The notes under the pieces were generated by a model. The model did no database searches and was not told the DNA's origin. It worked only from the letters and a program-made list of their open reading frames with translations. This document shows, piece after piece, positions 20,309 through 29,887 of a stretch of 64,000 nucleotides of DNA. The DNA lies in assembly GCA_965213705.1 (NCBI GenBank), contig OZ243913.1, positions 3,392,001-3,456,000 of the forward strand. The letters are read 5' to 3'. Source of the DNA: Trueperaceae bacterium. GTDB taxonomy: Bacteria; Deinococcota; Deinococci; Deinococcales; Trueperaceae. Positions within the stretch are counted from its first letter, which is position 1, and every line of letters begins with the position of its first letter. Both the position numbers and the translations under genes were made by a program.

Positions 20309-20866
20309 CGGTCGTTTTAGGCTCGGGACAAACCAGAGGGCTCGAGCCCCTGTTTGATGCGGCCTTTCAGGTGCAGTTTTGACACTCTATTATGCTCACT
20401 TCAAAACTCGTCGCAAAAGGTCAGTAAAACCTCGCCCAGGTGTTGGCTAACGTCAGTTCAGGACGAGTGCTCTTTGTGCTTAGCAGCTATGACGTCCGCC
20501 TTCTCGCGCCACTGGGGCAATAGAAACTCGTCACTCATATATCTATACACATGGTCTGAATCGGGGTCGGCGTCGGCGTAGATTTTACCTGTCGTCACGT
20601 CGACATAGAGGCTGTAGCGGTGAACCATGCTCACGTCCATAAAATCAATGTCGTCACCGGCAACGGCCATGACCGCTTCGGAATCGACCGCCCGGCACTC
20701 GCCCAACTCGACGAGGTTATTCCTGTTAGGGTCGACGTAGCGGTTTTTGGCTGCAGTTTCGCGAAAGGCGAGGTAGGCGGGGTGTTCCTCCAGCAGCGGA
20801 CTCGGCTCCAGGCCCAGCGCCGTGAGTTCGGCCATGTAAAAAGCCAGGTTGTGTTCCCTGCCGCGC
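20309..20866 (-). repeat. Dispersed repeat copy 2 (ORF remnant plus conserved 3' non-coding end), homologous to 1001-1511
   Basis: Same peptide and downstream DNA as copy 1; contains RETAAKNRYVDPNRNNL, which is absent from copy 1. Confidence 0.85.
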
Positions 20867-21029
20867 TGCGCTTCGGCTGTTCTGGTACACGCTGCGGGCG
20901 TTAGGTCGTAGTTGAGCCGTTGTCTTCGACCCACTGCCACCGCGGCACCATTCCGTGCTGACAGCGAGATTTTAGCCCTGAGCCAGCAGCCAGAGCTTGT
21001 CTGACACAGTGACGATATGTCCGGAGTTG

Positions 21030-22061
21030 TCAAATTTTTCTTGTGGATTGAGTCCAATGTACCATTGGCAGGCCCGCCACGGGTGCCCGAAAGTAGGGGA
21101 TTCGGGTTCCTCGTAGGCTGCCGATGTAGCAGGTCTTTAAGTCGGGCCCTCCAAAGGTAAGACTGGCAAACCAAGGTGCGATGGTGCCACCACACGCAAG
21201 CATGTCCTCGGGTTTAACGCGGTCTTCCGCGAAAGCTTGCCGCAGCGCCCGCGTTGCTTTCAAGTCGCCGTCGTCCAGCACAATCTGCAAGTCACCCTCC
21301 GGCGTGAGGACGAACACCTGGTCGTTCATGACAAGCGTGCCCCACAGGTTGCCATAGCTGTCAAAAGCGATGCCGTCGGGAAAGCCGCCCAAGTCGCTCG
21401 GCCCAAAGACTTCGCGGTTGTGCAGCGAACCACCCTTGCCGACGCGCATCCTGGAAATACAGGGGCCGGTCGTTTCGACGACGTAGAGAAACTCTTCTTT
21501 AGCATCTAAACGAATCTCGTTCGTGAATTTAAACCCTTCAGCCACAATGCGAATACCTTGCTCGTCAACCAGGGCGATGTAGCCGTCGGCGATGTTGGGG
21601 CTGATGGCCTGCATCCAGTTTTTGATACGGGTGGACACAGTGAGCCAGATGCGGTTTTGGCTGTCCCTCAGCACAAAGTTCACTTTGCCGATGGGGCGTC
21701 CGTCGATGCTGTCATAAAGGATTCGGGTTGCACCCGAGCGGTCCATGACCTCAAGTACGTCCGTTCCAAAGTTGGCGATAAGGATATCACCATTTTTGGC
21801 GAAGGCAAGGCCGTTGGGCAAGGTGCCCTGGGTGAAGCGCTCCGCGTCGCTACGCGCTGTTTCAAAAGCGTCACCGTGGTGCTGTGTTACGAGTGTTTGT
21901 TCACCCTCCGGCACTACTTTGACCACTCCACCGCGGGCGTCCGCCGTCCACAGCGTGCCGTCGGGCTCGGCGAGAATGCACTCGGGGCGCTGCAAGTCAT
22001 GGCCGACGTAGCGTAGAGCGGCAGGGTCGACTTGAAAGCCAAGGACTGGGTTCTTGAGCAT
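21030..22061 (-). CDS. SMP-30/gluconolactonase/LRE-family protein
   Basis: LQRPECI, PNGLAF, FTNEIR, FPDGIAFDSYGNLW, ASLTFGGPDLKTCYIGS. Confidence 0.92.
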   Translation of the reverse strand: MLKNPVLGFQVDPAALRYVGHDLQRPECILAEPDGTLWTADARGGVVKVVPEGEQTLVTQHHGDAFETARSDAERFTQGTLPNGLAFAKNGDILIANFGTDVLEVMDRSGATRILYDSIDGRPIGKVNFVLRDSQNRIWLTVSTRIKNWMQAISPNIADGYIALVDEQGIRIVAEGFKFTNEIRLDAKEEFLYVVETTGPCISRMRVGKGGSLHNREVFGPSDLGGFPDGIAFDSYGNLWGTLVMNDQVFVLTPEGDLQIVLDDGDLKATRALRQAFAEDRVKPEDMLACGGTIAPWFASLTFGGPDLKTCYIGSLRGTRIPYFRAPVAGLPMVHWTQSTRKI

Positions 22062-22063
22062 GG

Positions 22064-23002
22064 CTAAAAGTTGACGTTCTCTTTGCCCTTGAGTTGCAAC
22101 ATCTCCCGCGCTTCGTTGGGCGTTGCGATTTCGAGGGTGAGTTCTTCGATGACGGCGCGTATCTTGGTTACGAGTTCGGCGTTGTCCTTAGCCAATCTGC
22201 CGCGGCTGATGTAAAGGTTGTCTTCGAGTCCCACCCGTACGTTCCCGCCCATCGCCGCCGCCTGGGTAGTGAAGGGAATTTGGGCACGGCCGGCCGCTAA
22301 AACCGACCAATAGTAGTCGTCACCAAAGAGTCGGTCGGCAGTTTCTTTCATGAACATCAAGCAGTGGGGGTCGGTGCCTACGCCGCCTAAAACTCCAAAT
22401 ATCGTTTGGATAAAAAAGGGTGGCTCGAGCAGACCCGAATCCACCACGTGCGCCAGGTTGTAAAGGTGGCCTACATCGTAACACTCGAGTTCAAAGCGCA
22501 CCCCATGTCCTTTTCCAAGCTTTTCGATGATAGAGCCAATATCTTTAAAGGTGTTGCGAAAAATGAAGTCGGCCGAGCTTTCGAGAAAAGGTTGTTCCCA
22601 GTCGAATTTCCAGGTGTCGAACCGGCTCGCTAGCGGGTAAAGAGCAAAGTTCATCGAGCCCAGGTTGAGCGAACACATCTCCGGCTGCGCCCTCAGGGGA
22701 CCTTGTAGGCGGTCCTCCACCGTCATGTTGAGCCCACCGCCGGTGGTGATGTTGACGACGGCGTCGGTCGCCTCTTTGATGACCGGCAGAAACTGCATAA
22801 ATACGTCTGGGTCGCCGGTCGGCATGCCCGTCTTGGGGTCTCGGGCGTGTAGGTGGACGATGGCCGCGCCCGCGTTTGCAGCGTCGACAGCTTGCTGTGC
22901 AATGTCTTCTGGCTTATAGGGCAAGGCGTCCGACATCGTCGGCGTGTGGATACCGCCGGTAATCGCGCAGCTGACAATGACCTTTTTTTGTGACTTAGCC
23001 AC
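22064..23002 (-). CDS. Beta-keto acid cleavage enzyme (BKACE/DUF849)
   Basis: CAITGGIHTPTMS, IVHLHARD Zn motif, NITTGG, SLNLGSMNF, VRVGLEDN. Confidence 0.95.
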   Translation of the reverse strand: MAKSQKKVIVSCAITGGIHTPTMSDALPYKPEDIAQQAVDAANAGAAIVHLHARDPKTGMPTGDPDVFMQFLPVIKEATDAVVNITTGGGLNMTVEDRLQGPLRAQPEMCSLNLGSMNFALYPLASRFDTWKFDWEQPFLESSADFIFRNTFKDIGSIIEKLGKGHGVRFELECYDVGHLYNLAHVVDSGLLEPPFFIQTIFGVLGGVGTDPHCLMFMKETADRLFGDDYYWSVLAAGRAQIPFTTQAAAMGGNVRVGLEDNLYISRGRLAKDNAELVTKIRAVIEELTLEIATPNEAREMLQLKGKENVNF

Positions 23003-23011
23003 GAGGTTCTC

Positions 23012-23785
23012 CTAATCAAGAATGGCGACCGCGCGTGTCCAACCGGCGGAGGCAGCAGTAATTTTCACCGGGAAACAGGCGACCGTAAAGCAGTTTACGG
23101 GTAGCTTTTCAAGGTTGTGCAATTTTTCAATGTGGCAGTAGCCGACGTCCATGCCCGCACGATGCCCTTCCCAGATGAGGTCGGCGTTCCCTGTTTCGGC
23201 GTACTTTTTGGCGGTGTGGACGAAGGGCGCGTCCCAGCTCCAGGCGTCGGTGCCGGTAACGCGCACCCCTCGTTCCAACAAGTAAAGCGTCGCCTCGCGG
23301 CCGACGCCACAGCCGGAGGCGACATAGTCGGGTTGGCCGTATTTAGCTCCCGCCGAGGTGTTCACTACCACGATGTCGAGTGGCTTCAAATCGTGGTCGA
23401 TGCGCCGTAGTTCAGTCTCCACGTCCGCCGAGGTTGCTACGTACCCGTCCTCGAAGTGACGAAAGTCCAGCTTCACCCCGCGGCCGAAGCACCACTCGAG
23501 CGGCACCTCGTCGATGGTGACGGCGCGCTCGCCGCCGTTCATGGTGGAGTGGTAATGATAGGGTGCGTCCAGGTGCGTGCCGTTGTGGGTAAAGACAGAC
23601 AGCTGTTCGATGGCCCAGGCCTCGCCGCCGGGGAGGTCGTCCTGAGTGAGGCCGGGAAAGAAGGGTAAAAGCTGCCCGACGGTCTGCTGGTGGTCCAGGT
23701 AGGTCACTTTAGGAGCGAAACCGGGCGGGTCGGCGGGAACGTCGTTCTCAATCGGGACGGATAGGTCGATAATCTGTCGTGTCAT
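23012..23785 (-). CDS. Cyclase/kynurenine formamidase-family metallohydrolase
   Basis: IIDLS, HNGTHLDAPYH, GTDAWSWD, HIEKLHNL, AGWTRAVA. Confidence 0.93.
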   Translation of the reverse strand: MTRQIIDLSVPIENDVPADPPGFAPKVTYLDHQQTVGQLLPFFPGLTQDDLPGGEAWAIEQLSVFTHNGTHLDAPYHYHSTMNGGERAVTIDEVPLEWCFGRGVKLDFRHFEDGYVATSADVETELRRIDHDLKPLDIVVVNTSAGAKYGQPDYVASGCGVGREATLYLLERGVRVTGTDAWSWDAPFVHTAKKYAETGNADLIWEGHRAGMDVGYCHIEKLHNLEKLPVNCFTVACFPVKITAASAGWTRAVAILD

Positions 23786-23803
23786 GGCTTCAGCCGGGGG
23801 TGG

Positions 23804-24412
23804 TCAACCACCGGCGTTCGTCACCTCCTCGTGCTTGCCCACTTCCCAACCGCGCCCTGCCAACTCTTCTTTGCCAAAACGTAGAGGAGAAGCCTCGAGT
23901 TCCGTGGCGAGCGTGTCGTTCCAGCGGTTCAGAAAGCCGTAGAGCGAGATGACCGCTACGATTTCAACAATCTGTTCCGTGCTGTAGTGTTTCTTCAGTT
24001 CGTCAAAGTCGGCGTCCGTTACCGCGTTTGGGCTCAAGCCTGCCCCATGCGCGAGTTTAAGAGCGGCGCTTTCGGCGCTGGTAAATAGAGGGCTCGTTTC
24101 GTACTCAAAAATACCGTCCACCTTTTCAGCCGCCACCCCGAGGTGATGAGCGCTGTGGGCGGTATGGGCCTGGCAGTAGCGGCAACCCGCGGCGTTGCTG
24201 ACCATGTTGGCTACCAACCACTTTAGCGAGACCGGCACCTCGCCTGGCGAGAGCACAGTCTGCGCAAGTTTGGCGGCTGCGTCCAGCAAGTCCGCCTTGT
24301 GCGCCATCGTGAGCATGCTGTTAGGTAAAAAGCCCATGACGTTTTCGAAGTGCTCGAACAAAGGTTCAGCTTGGGGTACGTCCTTTCGGTGGACGGTGGG
24401 CAATCTGGGCAT
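23804..24412 (-). CDS. Carboxymuconolactone decarboxylase/AhpD-family protein
   Basis: GFLPNS, GCRYCQAH (CxxC), EQIVEIV..I.LYGFLNRWND. Confidence 0.9.
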   Translation of the reverse strand: MPRLPTVHRKDVPQAEPLFEHFENVMGFLPNSMLTMAHKADLLDAAAKLAQTVLSPGEVPVSLKWLVANMVSNAAGCRYCQAHTAHSAHHLGVAAEKVDGIFEYETSPLFTSAESAALKLAHGAGLSPNAVTDADFDELKKHYSTEQIVEIVAVISLYGFLNRWNDTLATELEASPLRFGKEELAGRGWEVGKHEEVTNAGG

Positions 24413-24421
24413 AAAGCTCCT

Positions 24422-25729
24422 TTAAATGAGCGCAAGGCTAAGCCAAGGAAAAGCGATGACGATGCCCAGCACGACGAGCATGATGAACGCAAACGGTGCG
24501 GCCCCGGCGAAGATGCTGTTGAGGGAAACGCTCTGGTCGTCGAGCGTCCCTTTGATGACGTAAATGGCGATGCCGAGAGGCGGTGTGAGCAGCCCGATTT
24601 CGATAGCGATAACGGTAACGATGCCGAACCAGATAAGGTTGATGCCGAGTTGCGCGGCGATGGGCAGCACCAACGGCAACACCACGAGCATGATGGAGGA
24701 CGAATCGAGAATGGTTCCCATAAGGATGAGGATGAGAACGTAGAGAGCGATAAAGCCATAAATGCCGAGGCTGGCCCCAATCACCCAAGACGCGACGAAG
24801 TTGGGTAGACCCGAAAGCGCCAGCATGCGGCTGTACATGCTGGCTGCAATGATGAGAAAGCAAATCGACGCGGTGATGTGACCCGTTTCCGTGGTAACTT
24901 TCCAAAGCGCACGCCAGGGCAGGCGGCGTTTGGCAAAGGCGATAAGAATCGCGCCGAAAGCGCCCACCGCGCCCGCCTCGGTGGGGGTGAAAAAGCCGCC
25001 GTAGATGCCGCCCAACACCAGGGCGATGAGGACAAAAATGGGAAACACTTTGCCGAAGGTTTTGCCGAGCCCGAGTGGCGCAAGCTCGGCCGCGCCGCTC
25101 ACCTCCCCTACAAAGCCGGGCCACCGGTAAGCCATGACGACGATGGCGACCGAGTAGGCGAGGGTAAGCACTAGGCCAGGCAAGATGCCCGCGATAAACA
25201 GCGAGCCAACACTCTGTTCAGACAGAACGCCGTAAAGGATGAGAAGCAAGCTCGGCGGGATGAGCATGCCGAGCACAGAACTGCCCGCGACCACGCCCAC
25301 CGCGAAGCGCGGCCGGTAGCCGCTGCGGCGCATCTCCGGCACGGCGACGCGGGTGAAAATGGCCGCCGAAGCTATGGAAATGCCGGTGATGGCGGCGAAA
25401 ATCGCGTTGGCGATAACGGTGGCAATGCCGAGCCCGCCCTTGAGACGGCCAAAGGTACGACTCGCCACGTCGAAAGCGTCGGTGCCCAAGCCAGCCTCGC
25501 TCACCACCAAACCCATGAGAACAAATAGGGGCACCACCCCGAAGATGTAGCTCGAGATGCTCTCTTCCGCCGCGATGGCTATAAGGCGACTGGCAAGCTC
25601 GCTCGAGTCGCGCAGCAGCCACACGCCGACGAATGAGGTCAAGGCCAGCGCCGTGGGCACGTGCAGGCCCGCGTAGATCAGCACGACCATGACCCCTAAA
25701 GAGATGAAGCCGATTTCAAGGCCGGTCAT
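24422..25729 (-). CDS. TRAP transporter large permease (DctM)
   Basis: VPLFVLMG, LGMLIPPS, FTPTEAGAVG, EIGLLTPPLG. Confidence 0.96.
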   Translation of the reverse strand: MTGLEIGFISLGVMVVLIYAGLHVPTALALTSFVGVWLLRDSSELASRLIAIAAEESISSYIFGVVPLFVLMGLVVSEAGLGTDAFDVASRTFGRLKGGLGIATVIANAIFAAITGISIASAAIFTRVAVPEMRRSGYRPRFAVGVVAGSSVLGMLIPPSLLLILYGVLSEQSVGSLFIAGILPGLVLTLAYSVAIVVMAYRWPGFVGEVSGAAELAPLGLGKTFGKVFPIFVLIALVLGGIYGGFFTPTEAGAVGAFGAILIAFAKRRLPWRALWKVTTETGHITASICFLIIAASMYSRMLALSGLPNFVASWVIGASLGIYGFIALYVLILILMGTILDSSSIMLVVLPLVLPIAAQLGINLIWFGIVTVIAIEIGLLTPPLGIAIYVIKGTLDDQSVSLNSIFAGAAPFAFIMLVVLGIVIAFPWLSLALI

Positions 25730-26273
25730 GCGCCGCCTCAACGGGTTGAAACAGTAACAATAAACTCATAACGGCGTTGATGAGAAATTGCAAAGCAAGC
25801 GCGGCCGCGCCGACAATCAAAATGAGCTTGATGGGCCAGGTCGGGGCGGTGAAGTGGCCGACCGCTCCCACAAACTCGCCCCGCTGCAAAGCCGTTACAA
25901 AGCGCGGGTAGCTGGCAGCAAAAATGACGTAAGCGATGTAGGCACCTGCTAAGTTGAAGACCAGCTCGAGCGCGAACCCCACCTTGGGCAGTCGCTTGCC
26001 AAAGATGTTGAGCAACATGTCTGAACGCGTCATGCGCCCGGCGCGTAACGTGCTGGCAAGCTGCAAAAACACTATGCCCACAATCGACAGGCTTACCAGT
26101 TCCGGCACGCCCGCGATGGGCCTACCAAAAAACGAGCGCCCCGCCACGTCCGCACAGATCAGCAGCATGAGGCCGAGGATCCACATTGTTCCGAGCGCGT
26201 TGAGTACCTCGGTAAGAAAGTCGAACACCTTGACGACCCGGTCGAAGGGCGGCCAGACGGGGCGATTGGTCAT
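25716..26273 (-). CDS. TRAP transporter small permease (DctQ)
   Basis: Four TM helices; DVAGR..F.RPI.G..EL, PTWP.K. Confidence 0.93.
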   Translation of the reverse strand: MTNRPVWPPFDRVVKVFDFLTEVLNALGTMWILGLMLLICADVAGRSFFGRPIAGVPELVSLSIVGIVFLQLASTLRAGRMTRSDMLLNIFGKRLPKVGFALELVFNLAGAYIAYVIFAASYPRFVTALQRGEFVGAVGHFTAPTWPIKLILIVGAAALALQFLINAVMSLLLLFQPVEAAHDRP

Positions 26274-26389
26274 GAAGCGTAAGGGTGTAGGGAATGAAAG
26301 GCGTAGGGATTAACGGGTTTTACGCTTTCGCGCCCCCACCCTCTATTTTTCCGTCGCACCACCGAACTCGAGAGCACCTAAGGTGACCG

Positions 26390-27436
26390 CTACTCCTGGT
26401 CCCAGTTGCGCGGCACGTCCGCGCCAACGTCGCGTAGGCCCTGCATGAACGCGCTTAAAACTTCGGTACCCGGCAAGCCTTGAGTATCGAGGCCGTCCGC
26501 CCACTCTCTAGGGACGTTGGGCAGCGCTGCCGCCCAGCTTGCCCGCAGCTCCGCTGGGGCTTGCGTTACGGTCGCTCCCGCGTCGGCCATCGTTTGCAGT
26601 GAAGCCTCGGTGCGGGCAATAAGAGCCTCGGCAAAAGCTTTACCGTAGGCGTCTGCACCAGCGCGGAGTGCGTCTTGAACCTCCTGGGGTTGGGCGTCGA
26701 ACCATGATTTATTTGCGACGACGCTGCCGGCGTACTGGGCACCGAAGTCCATCAGGGTGATAAACGGGGCGACTTCTTGCAATTTGGCAGGTGCGGCGGC
26801 GGTGCCGAACACGATGACGCCATCGTACACGCCGGTTTGGATGTCGTTGTAGTAGGTGGTGAGGTTGCCCGACACGCCGACCGCGCCGGTCCCGTCGAGC
26901 CAGTTCACCGCTGCACCTGGTGCGCCGACTTTTTTGCCTTTGAGGTCGTCCAGCGAAGTAACTGGAAAGGTTGTCATGAGCAGATAATTGTCGAGCGAAA
27001 AGCCTGCCCCCAGGTACTCCATATCGTATTTTTCGTAGGACTCTTTCAGGGCGGGTATGGTTTCGTGAAGGTTGGTCATAATGTCGGCAACTACGGTCGG
27101 GTCGGGCGAGCCGAACGGGGACACGTAGGTGACGTTTTGTAGGGGTAAATTTGAGGGTTCAAAAACGGTGGGAACGATGCCGACTTCGGCGAGTCCTGCC
27201 TCGAGAGCTTCCAACTCCCCACCGACCGGCGCGAGCGAACCACCGTAGAACTCGCTCCAGTTGATCGTGTAGCCGCTGCCTTCGAGGGCGGCATTCACGG
27301 TTGGAATTAGCGTTTCCGTCAACTCTTGCACCCATAGGAAAACAGGCGGGTGGCCGTTCACGACATTGACCTCGATGGTTTGTTGTGCAAAAGCGGCGCT
27401 GTAAAACAGGGTAACCAGTAAAATCAGGCGTTTCAT
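26390..27436 (-). CDS. TRAP substrate-binding protein (DctP)
   Basis: ATG 27436 with AAGGAG RBS; signal peptide AFA-Q; YGGSL, PVTSLDDLKGKK, Y..IQTGVYDG. Confidence 0.92.
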   Translation of the reverse strand: MKRLILLVTLFYSAAFAQQTIEVNVVNGHPPVFLWVQELTETLIPTVNAALEGSGYTINWSEFYGGSLAPVGGELEALEAGLAEVGIVPTVFEPSNLPLQNVTYVSPFGSPDPTVVADIMTNLHETIPALKESYEKYDMEYLGAGFSLDNYLLMTTFPVTSLDDLKGKKVGAPGAAVNWLDGTGAVGVSGNLTTYYNDIQTGVYDGVIVFGTAAAPAKLQEVAPFITLMDFGAQYAGSVVANKSWFDAQPQEVQDALRAGADAYGKAFAEALIARTEASLQTMADAGATVTQAPAELRASWAAALPNVPREWADGLDTQGLPGTEVLSAFMQGLRDVGADVPRNWDQE

Positions 27437-27489
27437 GACTTTCCTCCTTGAGCTGAGTGGTGAACTAGCATAGGCCGCTAAAAGGTGAG

Positions 27490-28353
27490 TTACGGCAGCC
27501 CCCTTTCTTGCAAAAGAGCAACGTCGAGCCCACCCTCCGTCACGTCGAGCAACATCTCCAAAGCTTGACCGTAGCGGCGGCGCAACAGCTCGCCCACGTC
27601 GAAGTAAAGTTTGTTGATGTAGATGTCGTGCCGAATGTAGTTGGCGACTGTGCGCACAACAGCCTGGTTCGCAGTCCATACCCCCGTCCATTCATCACCC
27701 TGCGAACCGTCCATCATGAGGGTGGCTTCATCATCTACGACCAAACTCGCCTGGTGGCCGTGCCGCAGGTAGGTAGTGGAGAGCGTAGCGTGGGGAAACA
27801 AGTGCAGGCTGGGGTGGCTTTTTAAAGGTCCAAGCAAGCTCAAGCAGGTCTCTAACGGCGCGAAGACGATCGTCGAGACAACGACTTTCCGGTTCAGGGC
27901 CGCCTCGAGTGCCGCGCTTAATCGCTTGAATTCGCTCGGCCAGGCACTTAAAAGAACAGTGGTTTGAGCGGCTTCGATGAGGGTGTTGGCCCGCTGCAAC
28001 GTCGCCTCTAACCCTTTGCCATGCCACAGAAGCTCGCCTTGGACGCGCTGCAACTGCTTTTTGACGGTTGAGCGTAACAGTTCGCTGACCTCGCCGAGGC
28101 GAGCGTGGCGTTCGCTTAGAAACTCTTCCAAAGGCAGGGGAACATATTCCTTTGTGTTTGCCACCGGCGCGATCAGGCCGCGTCCGGCGAGGCGCTCAAG
28201 TCCTTCATACACCTTGGCAGAGGGGACCCCTGATGTTTTCGAGATTTGGTAGCCGTTGGCCGGGTTGTGTGCCAGCAGGCCCAGATAGATTTTCGCCTCT
28301 GTCAGGGTAAGGCCAAGCTCTTGCAAAGCCACGACAGACTCTTCCAATGCCAT
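27490..28353 (-). CDS. TrmB-family transcriptional regulator
   Basis: LQELGLTLTEAKIYLGLL...ANGYQISKTSGVPSAKVYEGLERL wHTH; C-terminal effector domain. Confidence 0.92.
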   Translation of the reverse strand: MALEESVVALQELGLTLTEAKIYLGLLAHNPANGYQISKTSGVPSAKVYEGLERLAGRGLIAPVANTKEYVPLPLEEFLSERHARLGEVSELLRSTVKKQLQRVQGELLWHGKGLEATLQRANTLIEAAQTTVLLSAWPSEFKRLSAALEAALNRKVVVSTIVFAPLETCLSLLGPLKSHPSLHLFPHATLSTTYLRHGHQASLVVDDEATLMMDGSQGDEWTGVWTANQAVVRTVANYIRHDIYINKLYFDVGELLRRRYGQALEMLLDVTEGGLDVALLQERGLP

Positions 28354-28969
28354 AGTAACTACTCCAGTAGTCTATAAATTGAGCCAGTGTACTTCATGAC
28401 CTGTCGATTGTGCAAGTAGCGGTTCAACCCACTCACTCGACTCTTGGGTTCGTAGCTCATTGTAGGGTGGGCGCGTGTCCGCCCCAATGCACAACCCGTA
28501 CTTGCGACGTTGGGATCCTAGAAAAGCAGAAACCTACTATGAGCACCGAGCCGTCACCGAGTGGAAGCTGGGACGATATCGGGCGGCAGGACAAGGTACG
28601 ACGGACGAACTCAATAAGGTAGAAGTATCGAGCGTAATCAAGGGTCGTCGTACCTAAGTTCCCAGTCGGACGCCGAAGGGTCGTCACAGCCAAGAACCCG
28701 ATCTTTACTTCTGGGCAAAAAATCCTCGTTGTTCTCAACATCACGCTTCGTTTCACCTCTTGGACCTCTCAACAATCAGCTTGGGGCTCAACCCTCAAGA
28801 CGGTTACAGACTAAAGCTTGGGAATAATGAGAATAGACTAAGTTTTCCGCCTCTGTACTCTTCTTTTGCCTTCTCAACCTTTCCGGCACGTTTGCTTAAT
28901 TCTTGGGAACTCGTGCATAAAATGGGTAACTGAGTTACAATCCCTTCATTCAACCTGGAGGGAACGACT

Positions 28970-29872
28970 ATGTCTGAAGGCCGCTGGCAAATCCTTACCG
29001 AAGCGCAAGCGCAGCAGTTTGTTGAAAAGGGCTACATCACGCTGAAAAACTGTTTCAGCAGGGACATCGCCGCCGTATGGACAGCTCAAGCTTTTGAGCG
29101 TTTAGGCTACGACCCGGACGACGCGAGCACCTGGGAGGAACCTATCGTCTGGCTGGACCATCACAGCAAAATGCCCGTGCAGGAATTGGCCCCCGACGCT
29201 TGGAACGCTATCTGCGACGTCGTCGGCGGCGAAGACCGCATCGACGGGACGACCCGCTACATCGAGTCCAAACACTTTACACGCATAGAACCGTTCACCT
29301 GGTCGGACTCGTTCGTGGTGAATTTTCGCAAAGGGGCGGACCAACCGTGGCAGCCCCCCTCGGCGGCGCACAAGGGTTGGCACAAAGACGGCTCGTTCTT
29401 CCGACACTTTTTAGACAGTTGGGAGCAAGCGCTGCTGGTCATCGTCATCTGGTCGGACATAGCGCCCCAGGGCGGCGGCACCTTTATCGCGCCCGATTCG
29501 TTAGAGGTGATGGCGCAGTATTTCCTCGAGCACCCCGAAGGCGTCAACCCTAAAGACTTCGACTTTCAGGATTTGGTTTCTCGCTGCAACAACTTTGTAG
29601 AGGTGACGGGCGAGGTCGGCGACGTCATCATCATGCACCCGTTCATGCTGCACGCCTCGTCGCCGAACCATTCGGGCAAGGTGCGTTTTATTACCAACCC
29701 GCCCGTGATTTTGAAAGAACCTCTAAATTTAAACCGTGACAACGAGGAGGATTTCTCGCTGTTGGAACGGACGACCTTGCACGCGCTGGGCGTGGAGCGC
29801 CTCGAGTTTAAGCCGACGCACCCTCGAGAAAATGCCTTTTTGCCCGAGGCACCCAAAGCCCGTCATGCTTGA
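28970..29872 (+). CDS. PhyH-like Fe(II)/2-oxoglutarate dioxygenase
   Basis: FVEKGYI, WHKDG (HxD), GGGTFI.PDS, GEVGDVIIMHPFMLHASS.N...VR. Confidence 0.88.
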   Translation: MSEGRWQILTEAQAQQFVEKGYITLKNCFSRDIAAVWTAQAFERLGYDPDDASTWEEPIVWLDHHSKMPVQELAPDAWNAICDVVGGEDRIDGTTRYIESKHFTRIEPFTWSDSFVVNFRKGADQPWQPPSAAHKGWHKDGSFFRHFLDSWEQALLVIVIWSDIAPQGGGTFIAPDSLEVMAQYFLEHPEGVNPKDFDFQDLVSRCNNFVEVTGEVGDVIIMHPFMLHASSPNHSGKVRFITNPPVILKEPLNLNRDNEEDFSLLERTTLHALGVERLEFKPTHPRENAFLPEAPKARHA

Positions 29873-29887
29873 CATGAGGACGCGTTC

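Noticed and set aside
20458..21195. 245-aa ORF as an intact gene
   Set aside because: Its N-terminal part overlaps the lactonase gene out of frame; only the part from RGREHNLA is supported by the second copy
28400..28800. Short ORFs between trmB and the dioxygenase gene
   Set aside because: No recognisable motif or RBS; possibly debris, but it cannot be assigned
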